Assembly (NCBI GenBank): GCA_040954595.2 | Contig: CM082586.2 | Location: 9,393,337-9,457,336, forward strand | Source: Balanoglossus misakiensis | Taxonomy: Eukaryota > Animalia > Hemichordata | DNA: 64,000 nt | Reading direction: 5' to 3' | In this document: piece by piece, positions 52,865 to 64,000 of the stretch | How positions within the stretch are numbered: position 1 is the stretch's first letter | Layout of the letters: the number at the start of each line of letters is the position of its first letter | Translations under genes and position numbers: made by a program | Notes under the pieces: generated by a model | Databases searched by the model: none | Told to the model about the DNA's origin: nothing | Seen by the model: only the letters and a program-made list of their open reading frames with translations

Positions 52865-54265
52865 GATGATGACATCAACATCTCTGAAGCAGACCATTGT
52901 GACGTCAGTATATCAATTTCTGATTAGTATGGCAAACGATGGCAGTATTTCCATGGAACTTGTTGCAATGTCTGAGAAATTTAACTGAGTAACGTAATGT
53001 GTGTGTGCAAGGAAAAGGTTCCGTACACACATACTGTTATAAGCCCTGCAGAGAAATCAAAGCCAATACACCAAACCACCCTCCACCATTACTGTCTTCT
53101 CAATAACCAGGCTGTACAACGAGGAGATGGTGATTGCAGAAACAGCTACCAACAGGTGACACAACTAATGATAAATGAATGGAATCTGTGACATAGATCT
53201 AGCATGAGATAACAGAAAGTGAATTACCCAAATACAGTACAAGACCATCCTGCAGATACTGACCTATTTGAAGTGTATGTAATGGTTAATTACAAATTAA
53301 ATCACTCTAAGGAACATGATGTCATGTCAGCTTCACAAGATGGAGACACATGCAAATAAAGTGAGTCAATTACAATTATGAGAAAGTGACAACTAAGAAA
53401 TTGTCATGTTGAGTTTACAAACTGCAGCTAATGACATCAATGACCATTATAGCAAAATAAAGTTGATTTTTTAAAAATTCTAGTGATTTTTGTGATTTGT
53501 TGCAACATTTTTTATTCAAATTATTGTTTTCACCAAAAAGCTGTACAGTAATATTTTTAATCCTGATCATCAATATCTTCAGTAGAAACATTACTTTTGT
53601 TTGTTGACAGATTTAGGAAATTCACTCTATGTTTTGCAGATGTTCATTTTGAGCCAAAAAAGCTGAAACATACATATCCTGTCAGTATACAATGTCTCTG
53701 ATTTGTAAAGCCAAATTAGTTTGTAAAGAGTTAGTTTGTTTCAAATTGCACTAACAATAATTCCAATAAGTTTAAGCAGAAATCTGAAACACATGTTAAG
53801 AACATGTTCACAATGATTTTGTGTAATGTTCTGGACTTCAGTTTTGATGTGTACTATTTCCCAAAAGCAAATGACTAACCAAGAATATGCAATTTAAGAG
53901 AGGTTGTCATACACTTCTTGCTTTCAATTACATTGAACACACTCTCAACATCTTTTTTCTATGTACACAAGTTGTCACTTCAAGATCATTCATATTAGGA
54001 TTGAGAAACTATTTTCTTAATTTTGAATTATAAACTAATACAGACATCACCATTCACATTTTGCAGACATGCTATTTAGGTGGTCGACATATCTTTATAT
54101 TTTTAGTATTAAAATGTGGGAAGAGTCACTTTGAAAACAGAAAAAAATTTGCTTTCTCAAAAATAAAAATACTTCAAATTTTCTCAATACACATTGAAGG
54201 GTGGCCATCTTGATTTTAAAATTTGAATCAGTTTCGCTTTATCATTCAAAATTATGCCTGTTTAA

Positions 54266-54404
54266 AGGATATAAGAGTAAAAATCTCGCCAAAATGAATA
54301 AACGGTAGAGACTGATTATTCATTTTGACGAGTGTTTTACTCTCGTGTCTACAAGTGGGATGGAAGTTGTGGGTGGTCGAACGTTGATTCACTATATATC
54401 CACA
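54266..54404 (+). repeat. Short dispersed repeat (MITE-like); inverted copy at 63727-63860
   Basis: AAAATGAATAA..GGTAGAGAC.GATTATTCATTT...CAAGTGGGATGGAAGTTGTG..TGGTC is matched in reverse complement near 63800. Confidence 0.65.
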
Positions 54405-56360
54405 GTCTTGTATCAAACATAATTAACAGAAAAATGGCAGCAAGAGAGAGATTTTGTCCCTTTAAATGTTATTCCATGTATGACCTCATCTTGGATATGA
54501 ATATTATCTGTTACCAATCCTTGCAATGCAGTTTCCATAACTGCAGTTTTACAGTTCTTTTTCATGAGGACTTGAGAAATGAATTATTTACTGCTTCTTC
54601 ACAGCCAGAAAGATTCTTTATAGGTTTTTAAAATCCTTGATGTGTTCAAAATAAATCTTTTACTTTTGCAATCTTTTGTGTATATGTGTGTCCATTGTTA
54701 GCATTCCCCCCCCCCCCCACCCCCCACCCCCCGAGTTGAACACGGGCTGCCAAATTATTGCAATACAAGACATGAACTATTCCTACTGCTTCTCATGTTT
54801 GGTTTTAATGTGCACCTTCAAAATCAGTCATATTCTCCTCAATACAACTTTAGATTATTCTTGCTTAAAACAAAGAATACAGATTAATTATTCACCGTAA
54901 AAATTTGAATGACAAAAATTGTCTCAAATTTGAAATTCAAAATGGCCGCTATAACTCCATGGTGAACATTGTTTATTTTTTTATGAAACCAAGGTGATGA
55001 AAATCTTTTTTTTTTCAAATCGACTTCATATACACTTTAATACAAAAACATGGAAGAGTTTGGAGGACTGATCTTTGTGAAAATAACCAACTTAATGATT
55101 TTTTTTTTCACTCAACTACTGGAAAGTAAGCTGTGCTTTGATTGGTTGCTGACTGAGACAAATGTGTAGATAACCAATCACAACACAGCTACCTTCATGA
55201 TTGAGCATGTAGAAAGTGTAGTCTCCCTCAGAAATCGCCCAAAACATCGCTATTAATGCGAGCAGAGGATAGCATGTATGAACTTTGACATGAAATTGGT
55301 AGTTACCCTGGTTACGACGTTGATTTGTGACTGGTACACTTTCCACCCTTTGAAGAAAGAAAAAAAGAAACAAGTTCTTTTCTGTGCAACACTTCAGAGT
55401 CACAAGTGATTTTCATCAAGAGAAACTTCTATCAGGCAAATTTTACTTGAAATGTTTGAAGAATTGGCACTGGGTTGATTTTATTTTGGAGTGAGTTAAG
55501 TACTCAGGGAGTCATCATTTGGTATCCCCAGGGGGGGTCTAGATGCTGTTTTCTGATGGGAGAGACAATTCATTCCAGTGGAATGTGACACTTAGGAAAT
55601 AAATAGACCATAGCACCAAAAAGAACAATTTCAGAATAAAATCCCTCATAACATATCAGCTCACAATCAGAATGCAGATAAGTATATGAGATAAGAGAAA
55701 TTCCAACAAATGTCTTCATATTTGACTTCCAGTCCAACTTGAGTGGAAATGGCATAAACTTCAATGATTTTGTGCCCTTGAGCAAGGCACTTTTTATTCT
55801 CATTGATCTGGGGGGACTGACTTTGTATAGATGATTGTTCTAGTCATCCTATCCTAGGTAGACAACATTTCTGTGTTTGATATGGATGAATTTAATAAAT
55901 TAAAAACTGCATCGTTAGCCATTTTTGAATGCTGCTAAATAATAAATATATCCAGAGTTTGATAAAACAATTCTATTTGAAATCCATTGTTTTCTTTGGC
56001 AATATATGACCATAATTTTGTCGCAAATATATAAATGGTATATATACAGTATTATATTATATCATGCTACCGTCCGCAATTCTGATTGGACGAGAGCTCA
56101 ATCCAGCGATGCTAAAATACTCATAATGCACTGCTGGCAGAGCTAAAACGGGCCCCTGCTGAACTAGCATATGGCAGCAAAAACCACAGTCGCGCGTGTT
56201 TAAACCAAATAAATAAAACAACAATACTGTTGAATTAACGGACGTTTTATTTTGAAATTGCTCTGTGGAAATATTTTTCACTTTGCCACGCGCGATGCCC
56301 GTCTTGTCACTTTTTGTTGTCTGCTTCATGTTTAATGCTCGATCCCGGCTGGATCCCGGC

Positions 56361-56507
56361 CTTGCCGTTGTATGGGCATGCGAACGATTCCACTTGTATG
56401 TATATGGTCAGAAATTCACCATTGTGACAGACCACAAGCCGTTGGTCCACATATACAACAATCCAATTTCGAAACCACCTGCCAGAATCGAACGTTGGGC
56501 ACTGAAG
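56361..56507 (+). pseudogene. Ty3/Gypsy pol RNase H fragment
   Basis: LAVVWACERFHLYVYGQKFTIVTDHKPL...PPARIERWAL. Confidence 0.85.
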
Positions 56508-58899
56508 CCGTCGGCACAGAAATTAAAAAGAAGAAGAAGAAGAAGAAAATGAGCACGAGTTACACGTCTATAAAATTTACAGCTTGTTGAAATTAGGAAG
56601 GTTACTTTTCAATATCAGTAGCGCGATACGAGACAAACAACCCTCTATATACCGATAAGAAGTTGTTACCATGGTGATAAAATAAACATCTGTAAGACTG
56701 AGATCTGTCAATTATTTTTTTTCATTCATGCATAAGAAATAGATCACTAATCGAAAAATTAAAATTAAATCTTAATACTCAACAACAGGGTTCGGCCTTA
56801 ATGTCAAAATTACTCTATTCTATAAATAGCTCTCAACGGTTAGATTTTTTGAAAGTAAAGTATTGCTGATGGTTGGAATACTTAATTTTCAATCTCAGAT
56901 TCCGTGAAAATATTACAAAATAATACAGGATAAAGTCGATGGCGTTTTAATTGTCACTAATGCATTCTATACGTCCCCTGGAGGTAACCCAGGGAGATTC
57001 CTGAACGAAACAGGGATGGTGTCCCATTGTGAAGGTTGTCTATGGGAGGAAACTGATGGCTTTAGTTTTCCAGCTGAAAAATTAATGCGTTTCGTGTTTA
57101 TTTATCTGTGATGTGCCTAAAGTACCCCAAACCTTCCGTTTCTACAGTCAACTTGTCGTCATATTTCATTTTTCTAAAATTGTGAAAAGAACACAAAACA
57201 ATTTAAATTTGCTTCTCCAAGAACATTTTACTTCTGTTCTACAAAATAAAGGGGGAAAAATGTGTCATTTGTCTGTCGATGTTTAAAGGGGCAATTTTCA
57301 ATCCCTGGTTTTCGCATTAGTAGGTGCTCCTCCTAGTCAAACATTAGGCTAGTTGCGATGCTTAACCTACAGTACGTTAAAAACACACTCCAATCACAAC
57401 AGTTTACCACCTTAGCTAATCCTATAAAGGGTGCTAGGTATTACAGATAACGATAACGGCCGTGCCATGGTCTAGCTGCACACGAGTACAGTAGAGACTG
57501 TTTACGGTCAACTGGAAAGCAAGAGGCCGATCGCTCTAACCACTTCGACGCTCAATTCTCCCAAGCGCGCACAGGTGCAAGCTCTGGAATGCGATCGCGA
57601 AACTTCGGACAATGCTCTGTAAAGTAAGCCCTACAACGCAATCTCGCACAAAGAAGCTGTATTCACCTCACTATGATCTGAAATCAGCGAGTATTGATTC
57701 TTACTTGCATTTGTCCTGCGAGGCAGGACCGTCTTGATGACGACTTTGACCTCAAGCAATTGTGATTGGAGGCGCAGCCGGCAGCATGCAAAACAGTCAT
57801 CCTGCATGCATGACCGGCTACCGTACCACGCGTCGGTCAATCCACTTGCGCCCGGCTGGGGCGGCTCGGCACAGGCCTGTCTATAATTTTCCTATCAACT
57901 TGAGAGCGGATCGCTACTCAAAATAGGCGTTGAAATGTCTGAATTCGCGATCATCAAGTTTATAGATCGACATCGATACAAACCCAGTTCAAGCTAGACT
58001 GATCCCCGGAAATGAACGATGCGAAAATGTCCGCATTGTTTTAATTGCTGACAATCGCGATCGTGGCGTCGGTAATTTTTGAAGGGAGCTCAGATGCTTG
58101 TCGAAAATTCCACATGAAAGGAATACAAGTCGAATTACCAAAACTATAAATGATTGGCAGCATGTCTTGATACTTGGTGCGTCATGATTTGCAGGTAGAA
58201 AGTCCTATCTATTGCTATTGCGACATGGGCCTATAGGCGCAGCTATATGCACTCGTGAAGCTGTCGCGCCCGTGTACAGCAGCACGCACGCTCAGGCACA
58301 GTTACGTTAGCATTCAAATATCCAGATGACGGGCAACTTCAATAGCGTGGAGGCATTATACCTGATACATGGTACGTGTCTGGCGGTTTTTAAAATAAAA
58401 ACATACTTGGAAAAATCTTTTACTGAATGGCGAAATATTGCTTGCCCGTCACTTGGAAATGACAACGCCGTGGGTCACATGGCCAGATCACGTGATTGAT
58501 AGCAAAACAATTCTTTGACTGACTTTCTGCGTTTCCGTACGTTTCGATATTTCATCAAATCCGGGCATCACTGAAGTCAAGAGTCCGTTTAAGGTTTTTT
58601 AAGAGACGACATTATTGTACATATTATAATGCGATACATCTTTATTTTTGGCAGTTTTCTTTGAGTGGTGATTGTTTTTGACAAAAATGAATGGTACATT
58701 AAAATAACACCAAAGTCATATCCTCGGGTGTGTAGTGTACTTCTTTATTCACTTTTATATGTGAGTATGTGTGCCTGTGTAATGATTTGTGCATTTCTTT
58801 TTAATTTTTTATTACGAAGTGTTTTGGTGATTACGGTAGTTCTCTTTTTGAAGGATGTGGTGGCCCTGATAAGGGCCGTTTGGTATGTGTATGCACTAG

Positions 58900-61556
58900 A
58901 GCATACGTCTCTGGGTTTCTACAGAGAGGCACTAAAAACTTCTTCGACAAAACGCCTCCACACATTGGTCCTCCAACGACTTGTTTTTTTTCCGTCAATA
59001 CCCTGCGCTCAGACCTCCTCCTGTACTGCCTTCCTCGCCGACTCTTCCTGGTATTGGTTGACACCACTTTCGCTTCTGCGTCATATTTTATTGTTTTGTC
59101 AGTGATAAGCTTGCACAGAAACATTGTAAATTATCATGGGGAAAACATGAACACACTCGGAAATAAAATAAAACTTACCCAGTCCAGACAGGTGAGATCA
59201 CTCCTGAATTTATAGGAGTTTTTTTTAATGGGATGCGCAACATTGTTGAAGCTCTCAACATAGTGTGTGTCTTTACACTAGAATGGAAAATAAAATAAAA
59301 TCTTTACAAAGAGTAGAGACTTTGGTTTTCCATAATCGTGTCTGCATATAGCTGACAAAAACTACAGCATAATCTCGGTACAAGAAAGCCTGAGAGAAAT
59401 ACTGCTATGCTCTATCTGCTGCATGGTGGTGTTCAAACACTGCACATTGTAACTACATGTACCTGTATTCTGAAATCGTGTTTCAAGCTAAACATTGTCA
59501 TTCAATACACATAGCTAAGCACACCTACATTTACCTCATGCTATGTAATACTTAAAAAACTCACATCAACATAATTCTCTGGCTTCTTGTACAGCTGCGT
59601 CTTTCTAACTGCATGCCTCAGGAGGTCAGCTGCTTTCGATTGCCTGATTGGGCGGAACGATGCTTCGTAATTCGCGCTATTCCGACACCTCGATTTTGGG
59701 TCACACCCAGCGTGATTATCCTACAGATCGAAAAGATAACATGTACCGTCTATTTGATGGAATTTAAGAAGCACAGTCACGGTTTTGTCCTGATGTTGGC
59801 ATCCACAGATAACTTTAAAAGAATGTGTGATGGCGATGGTTACATTTTCAACTATTTTATTTAATCAAAAAAGTTATTTTTGTTTCATTCAAAGGTAATT
59901 ACCTGATAATGAGCGACAATATTGTCTAATTTTTTTTCGGATTAGCGCCGCTGCTTCGGTTCGTGCCCGGGTTGTGTTGCCATTGTCCAGAAGGTGTTGT
60001 TTTGCCCGTGTCATGGCCCAGTAGCAATGTGTCTTTACATTGGCCCCTGTGGAGAGGTGAACACATAGTTGAATTTGTAATAATTGTTATCACAAACGAA
60101 ATGGCTTTACGTTTAATATCTCCATTTTCAAAGCTGCATAAGAGGAAAAAAAATATTCAACGCATAAAACTGAACATGAAACAGAAACTCGTAACCACAG
60201 ATACCTGACCAAAAGTGAAAACTTAACATTGCGATTGAGAAAACATAAAATGTGTGTGATTTTACCTTTATCTGCAAGTTCAGGGTGCCAGGTTACGTTC
60301 ATGTTTCGTTGTGTCCCCGTGGTTACTCGTTTCATCTCTCGGCCTATTGCCTTGGTAACTGTAAAATAAAAACAAGCATTGATGTTACAGCTCCTCGCCT
60401 ACGTGTACACGATGAAACAGAATCAATTAATGGTGCCTGGATTGATGCAACTCTGCCTTGAAAACAAACCTGAATACACATATTCACTTTCAAATTATAA
60501 GTTTACAGATGATCAAAAGTCGTCAGCTAAAAATGTATGTGACGTCCTTATGTACATGTACTAAATTGGAGTGTTTTTGCTGCTACACCTTCCCCTGTCA
60601 AGTAAGAATGAAGCCTTACCATGCCATGTGTCGTTGCTGCTGATGGTATCTGGCCTTTCCTCTCGCAGGAATTTGTTTACAGACGCGTTGTTGTCGTGGC
60701 CATGAACTAAAATTGGAACCCCTGTAAATGTAATCATTTGCAATAGCCGGTTGTCAGTGTGACATATTTTCTTGCATAGAATTATAATTATCGTTTTATA
60801 TGTGGTCCATGTACATGCCTCAAGTTTTGTAAAAACATTTAGCAAGGATTTTACTGATACTGATGGGAAAGCACCGTGTTAATACTATGTTTTACCTTTT
60901 TCATCAGCCCAGTTATAAAATCGCCTGATCCCAACCATCTCGTGTCTTTGGGAACACGGGTCATCGTGCTTCCTGACCAACTTCTTATGGATGCACTTAT
61001 GGGTTCGAAAACAAAGAAAAATAGTTACAAATAAAGTTATTCGAATTTAATCCAAAATTGCCATATATTACAATAACAGTATACGTCAAAGCATGTCAGT
61101 TCGGAGAAGTGTGTTGATGCCAAACACAATACTCACTGTCGACAGAAATAGCGATGCGATTGAGTGCGTGTAAGGGTAACACATTACCATACATATAACC
61201 ATCATTGCCATAGAGATGAAAAATGTTATTTCTAACGAAAAGTTGTTACATACATGTCACCAAGTACAACTATGTCAGAGTTTTGTGCATTCTTTCATGT
61301 ACCATGTCGTGCATCGCTCATATTTTCAATCCCCAGCTTAATGGTGCGGTCTTCCGATGCGATTTCCTGAAATTGGATTCAAAAACAAAATGTATTAGGC
61401 CTATATGAACACACGGATAAAATGTGGCATGATAAAAATATCAAATAACATTTATTTAGTTGTTTTTGGGTGGTGAAATGTCATACCTCGTTTAATGCAT
61501 CATCCATGGATTTGACCGCTTCATTGTGGACAGTTTGTCGGTACTTCTCAAAAACT
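58900..61556 (-). pseudogene. Multi-exon DDE transposase (Kolobok/Mutator-like), decayed and 5'-interrupted
   Basis: Minus-strand GT-AG exons: FEKYRQ..LNE (~61487-61556); SDARHGT*KNA..SD (~61253-61366, in-frame TGA); DDPCSQRHE (~60896-61003); HGHDNNASVNK..DTWH (~60618-60721); WHPELADK; LDNIVAHYQ; DNHAGC..SRC; DTHYVESFNN (~59178-59278). A possible Kolobok-like end TTAA|AGGGG at 57283 is unconfirmed. Confidence 0.6.
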
Positions 61557-62248
61557 GAATAAAAAAAAAAGACAGACGAGAAATGGGCCGCCGCAAGGGA
61601 AAAGGGCCCTTATGCATGGATTTTTCGATTTTTATTTTTTGTCGTTTTTTGATAGTACCTGTGCTCCTCTTTTCATATGTGTGCCGCTCACTATGAACTT
61701 ACACCTGGAAATGGCATTTGTGGCCCATTGAATGTGACATATGACCTTTGACCTCAGCCCACAAATAAAATTCACTGTTTTTGTTTCACAATAAAGAGGT
61801 TTAAAAACCAAACATCTTTTCCCAACTACATGGAAGATCTGTATCCATTTATACCGTAGGTACTGACTAAATCAACTTTTTAGGGGGAGAGGGGGTGTCT
61901 GTCATTCCATTATATCATAGGGGTGGAAAGCACACAAGATGATGCTAGTTCTATTTAAAAATACATTTTATTAGACACCACAAGTGCCAAAACTCTACAC
62001 ATCACATCCTCCGAAAATATGAATATTTACATGACATTATTGACATAACTGTTGCCATGGCTACCAGCAGTCTCCATCTAAACTGTTGCCATGGCTACCT
62101 GTAGTGTCAGAACTCCAACCATTACATCACTGATATTGCTACATACAATTCTAACTATCATTTTTTTCAGATAACATTTAAATATTTACAAGTTTGCATT
62201 TATTTTCAGTACTACATACATGCAAGAGTATTCAGTGGGTTTTTGGAT

Positions 62249-63562
62249 TTACTCTTCAGGGCAAAATGCATGTCTAAATGGCTGTCTGACAAATGGAACA
62301 ATTTCCTTCTGTAACTCTCTCCATCTGGCTAAACTCATTCCTCCAGCAGGCAATACAGAGGGTTTTATATGTGGTGATGGAGGCCAAGTAGCATTTCTTT
62401 TGAGCAGATCTATACGGATTTCATCATCTGTGACTAATTTTCTAACATATACAGCACCAGGATCATTCTTGGTGAATCTAAAATGATGATAAACACGAAT
62501 TCCCTTCAATGGTTTGAGAAATGAAGAAAAAAATGAATCCCACTCAAACCATTGAAAGTTGGGATCAGAATTCCGACTGCCATAACATTTCACATTGTTT
62601 ATTCGTGAACTTTTTGACACAATGTCTGCCAGCTGCTGAACTGTGTCAACATCACTTCTACGATACACTTGCCGAATCTTACCGAAACAAGCATCACAAA
62701 TGCACTTTGTATGACCTGGTTCCAAGAAATGATAATTAATTTCGTCATGTTAACCAGTACTGGTACGGTAACAAAAATAATGAATGACAGTTTTGTTTTT
62801 ATTCTGACCTCCACAGTTGTCAGCATGGCAATGACAACTCTTTTCACCCAATCCATGCTCCTCAAAATAATTGTGAAGCATGCTAACTACATTATTGGCA
62901 CCATGGCACTTTCTGTTATCAATGCCAATGGTCTCAGACTCATCAAACAGATAATTCATTTGAGATTGTTGACTATCATTACATATACCAAAGCAATTTA
63001 CACGTAGTGGATTCAGAAAATACAGTGGACTAACTTGACGAGACTGATGGGGCAGCAGAAAACTCTGTGCAAAATCAAATGTATAATGAACATTATGTAA
63101 ATCATAAGAGCAAGGACTACATGGGGGCTGAACTTCAATGTCTCTGAGTTCATCCTGTGCCTTTCTAATGCACAAGTTCAGAAATTCTCTTTCATTTTGT
63201 GATTTCAAAATGTGTCCTGAGAATGCAATACTAGAGTTCAGTTTGTCTTCTTCTGTTGAGGCAAACTGAATTTCATTCCGGAAGTGTTCACATTTGGCAC
63301 ACTCATCTGTACGAGGTTCCATTCGCTGAATGTGTGGTACACACAATTTCCAGATATTTCGGAAAGTTGTCTCCCCCACAGGCTGCTTGGTTGGCTGACA
63401 AACATTACAGGCCTCCACATACTTCTTATACATACCAGCCTTGGTGTCACAGGATGGAAGATAAATTGGAGGCCTTCCATCTCTACCACAAGGAGCAGCT
63501 GGCATAGGCAGACCATTGTCATCTGCATATCTGACCAGGAACTGAACAGCATCTTGCACTGT
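62249..63562 (-). pseudogene. Sola-type transposase, last exon, with one in-frame stop
   Basis: DECAKC, DFAQ...P...Q..PLYF, FGI, DE...GAN.V.S, HADNCGGQNKN, GHTK...D..FG. ORFs 62750-63595 and 62249-62725 are in the same frame, separated by TAA at 62750-62752. Splice acceptor at ~63563. Confidence 0.8.
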
Positions 63563-63726
63563 CTGTTTGGAAAAAAGAATAGTTAAGTCACTCAAAATAA
63601 ATTAGTGAACACTGAGAACACATATACAGGTTAGATAGCAAACCACCTAAAGGGACAAAGTCTCTCTCTCACTGCCCTTTTTTCCATTAATTATGTTTGA
63701 TACAAGACACCATTTGTTATTCTACG

Positions 63727-63900
63727 TGTGGATATAGGGAATCAATGTTGACCAAACACAACTTCCATCCCACTTGAAGATGCGAGAGTGAAAAACTGGC
63801 CGAAATGAATAATCGGTCTCTACCATTTATTCATTTTGACAAGATTTTTATTCTCATCCTGCAAAGTGGATGTTGTGTGTGGTCGAGCACTGATTCAATG
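63727..63900. repeat. Imperfect palindromic MITE-like element in the Sola intron
   Basis: ATCAATGTTGACCAAACACAACTTCCATCCCAC...GTGGATGTTGTGTGTGGTCGAGCACTGATT; related to 54266-54404. Confidence 0.55.
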
Positions 63901-64000
63901 TCGGAGGGTCCATGTGAAAGTCTCAGTGTCAATTGGGCATGCTCCAAACTGTGGGTGAAAAATACTACTTCAAGATGGCCAGCATATGAAGCAGCTGTCA

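Larger units (their letters stand above)
61585..64000 (-). mobile_element. Sola (probably Sola2) DNA transposon, extends beyond the window
   Basis: Candidate terminus AAAT|GGGCCGCCGCAAGGGAAAAGG at 61585, next to a Sola-type transposase; the other end is not in the window. Confidence 0.55.

Noticed and set aside
57283-58600. Second (KolX-like) gene of a Kolobok element
   Set aside because: GC-richer sequence with a short Cys-containing ORF, but no motif I can support.
54266-63860. Inverted 140-bp pair as the TIRs of one 9.6-kb element
   Set aside because: The copies are diverged, no TSD was found, and the right copy is its own small palindrome inside a Sola intron; independent MITE copies are more likely.

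Overview
Eukaryotic (animal, probably marine invertebrate; inferred) repeat-rich DNA. Bases 1-49323 are an array of 27 complete ~1.0-1.7 kb units plus one partial unit. On the minus strand each unit has the structure of a non-autonomous Helentron (HINE/DINE-1-like): 5' palindromic subTIR hairpin, (CTTT)n microsatellite, internal subrepeats, 3' subTIR, small stem-loop and TTTAAT(T). The array is not a simple satellite. The ~53-bp 5' 'heads' are detached from their bodies and stacked in 8 clusters (25 heads), and head variants pair with body variants in last-in-first-out order. This points to elements repeatedly inserting into each other's 5' ends. The array interrupts a decayed non-LTR retrotransposon. 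It hosts an apparently intact 7.9-kb CAC...GTG Chapaev-type transposon (4-bp TSD) with a 10-exon, 1059-aa RAG1-like transposase and asymmetric bipartite TIRs, plus three non-autonomous DNA elements. To the right are a disabled DAPK-like (COR + death domain) exon, a Gypsy RNase H fragment, a decayed Kolobok/Mutator-type transposase gene and a Sola2-like transposon. All family assignments come from motifs recognised by eye; no database search was run.
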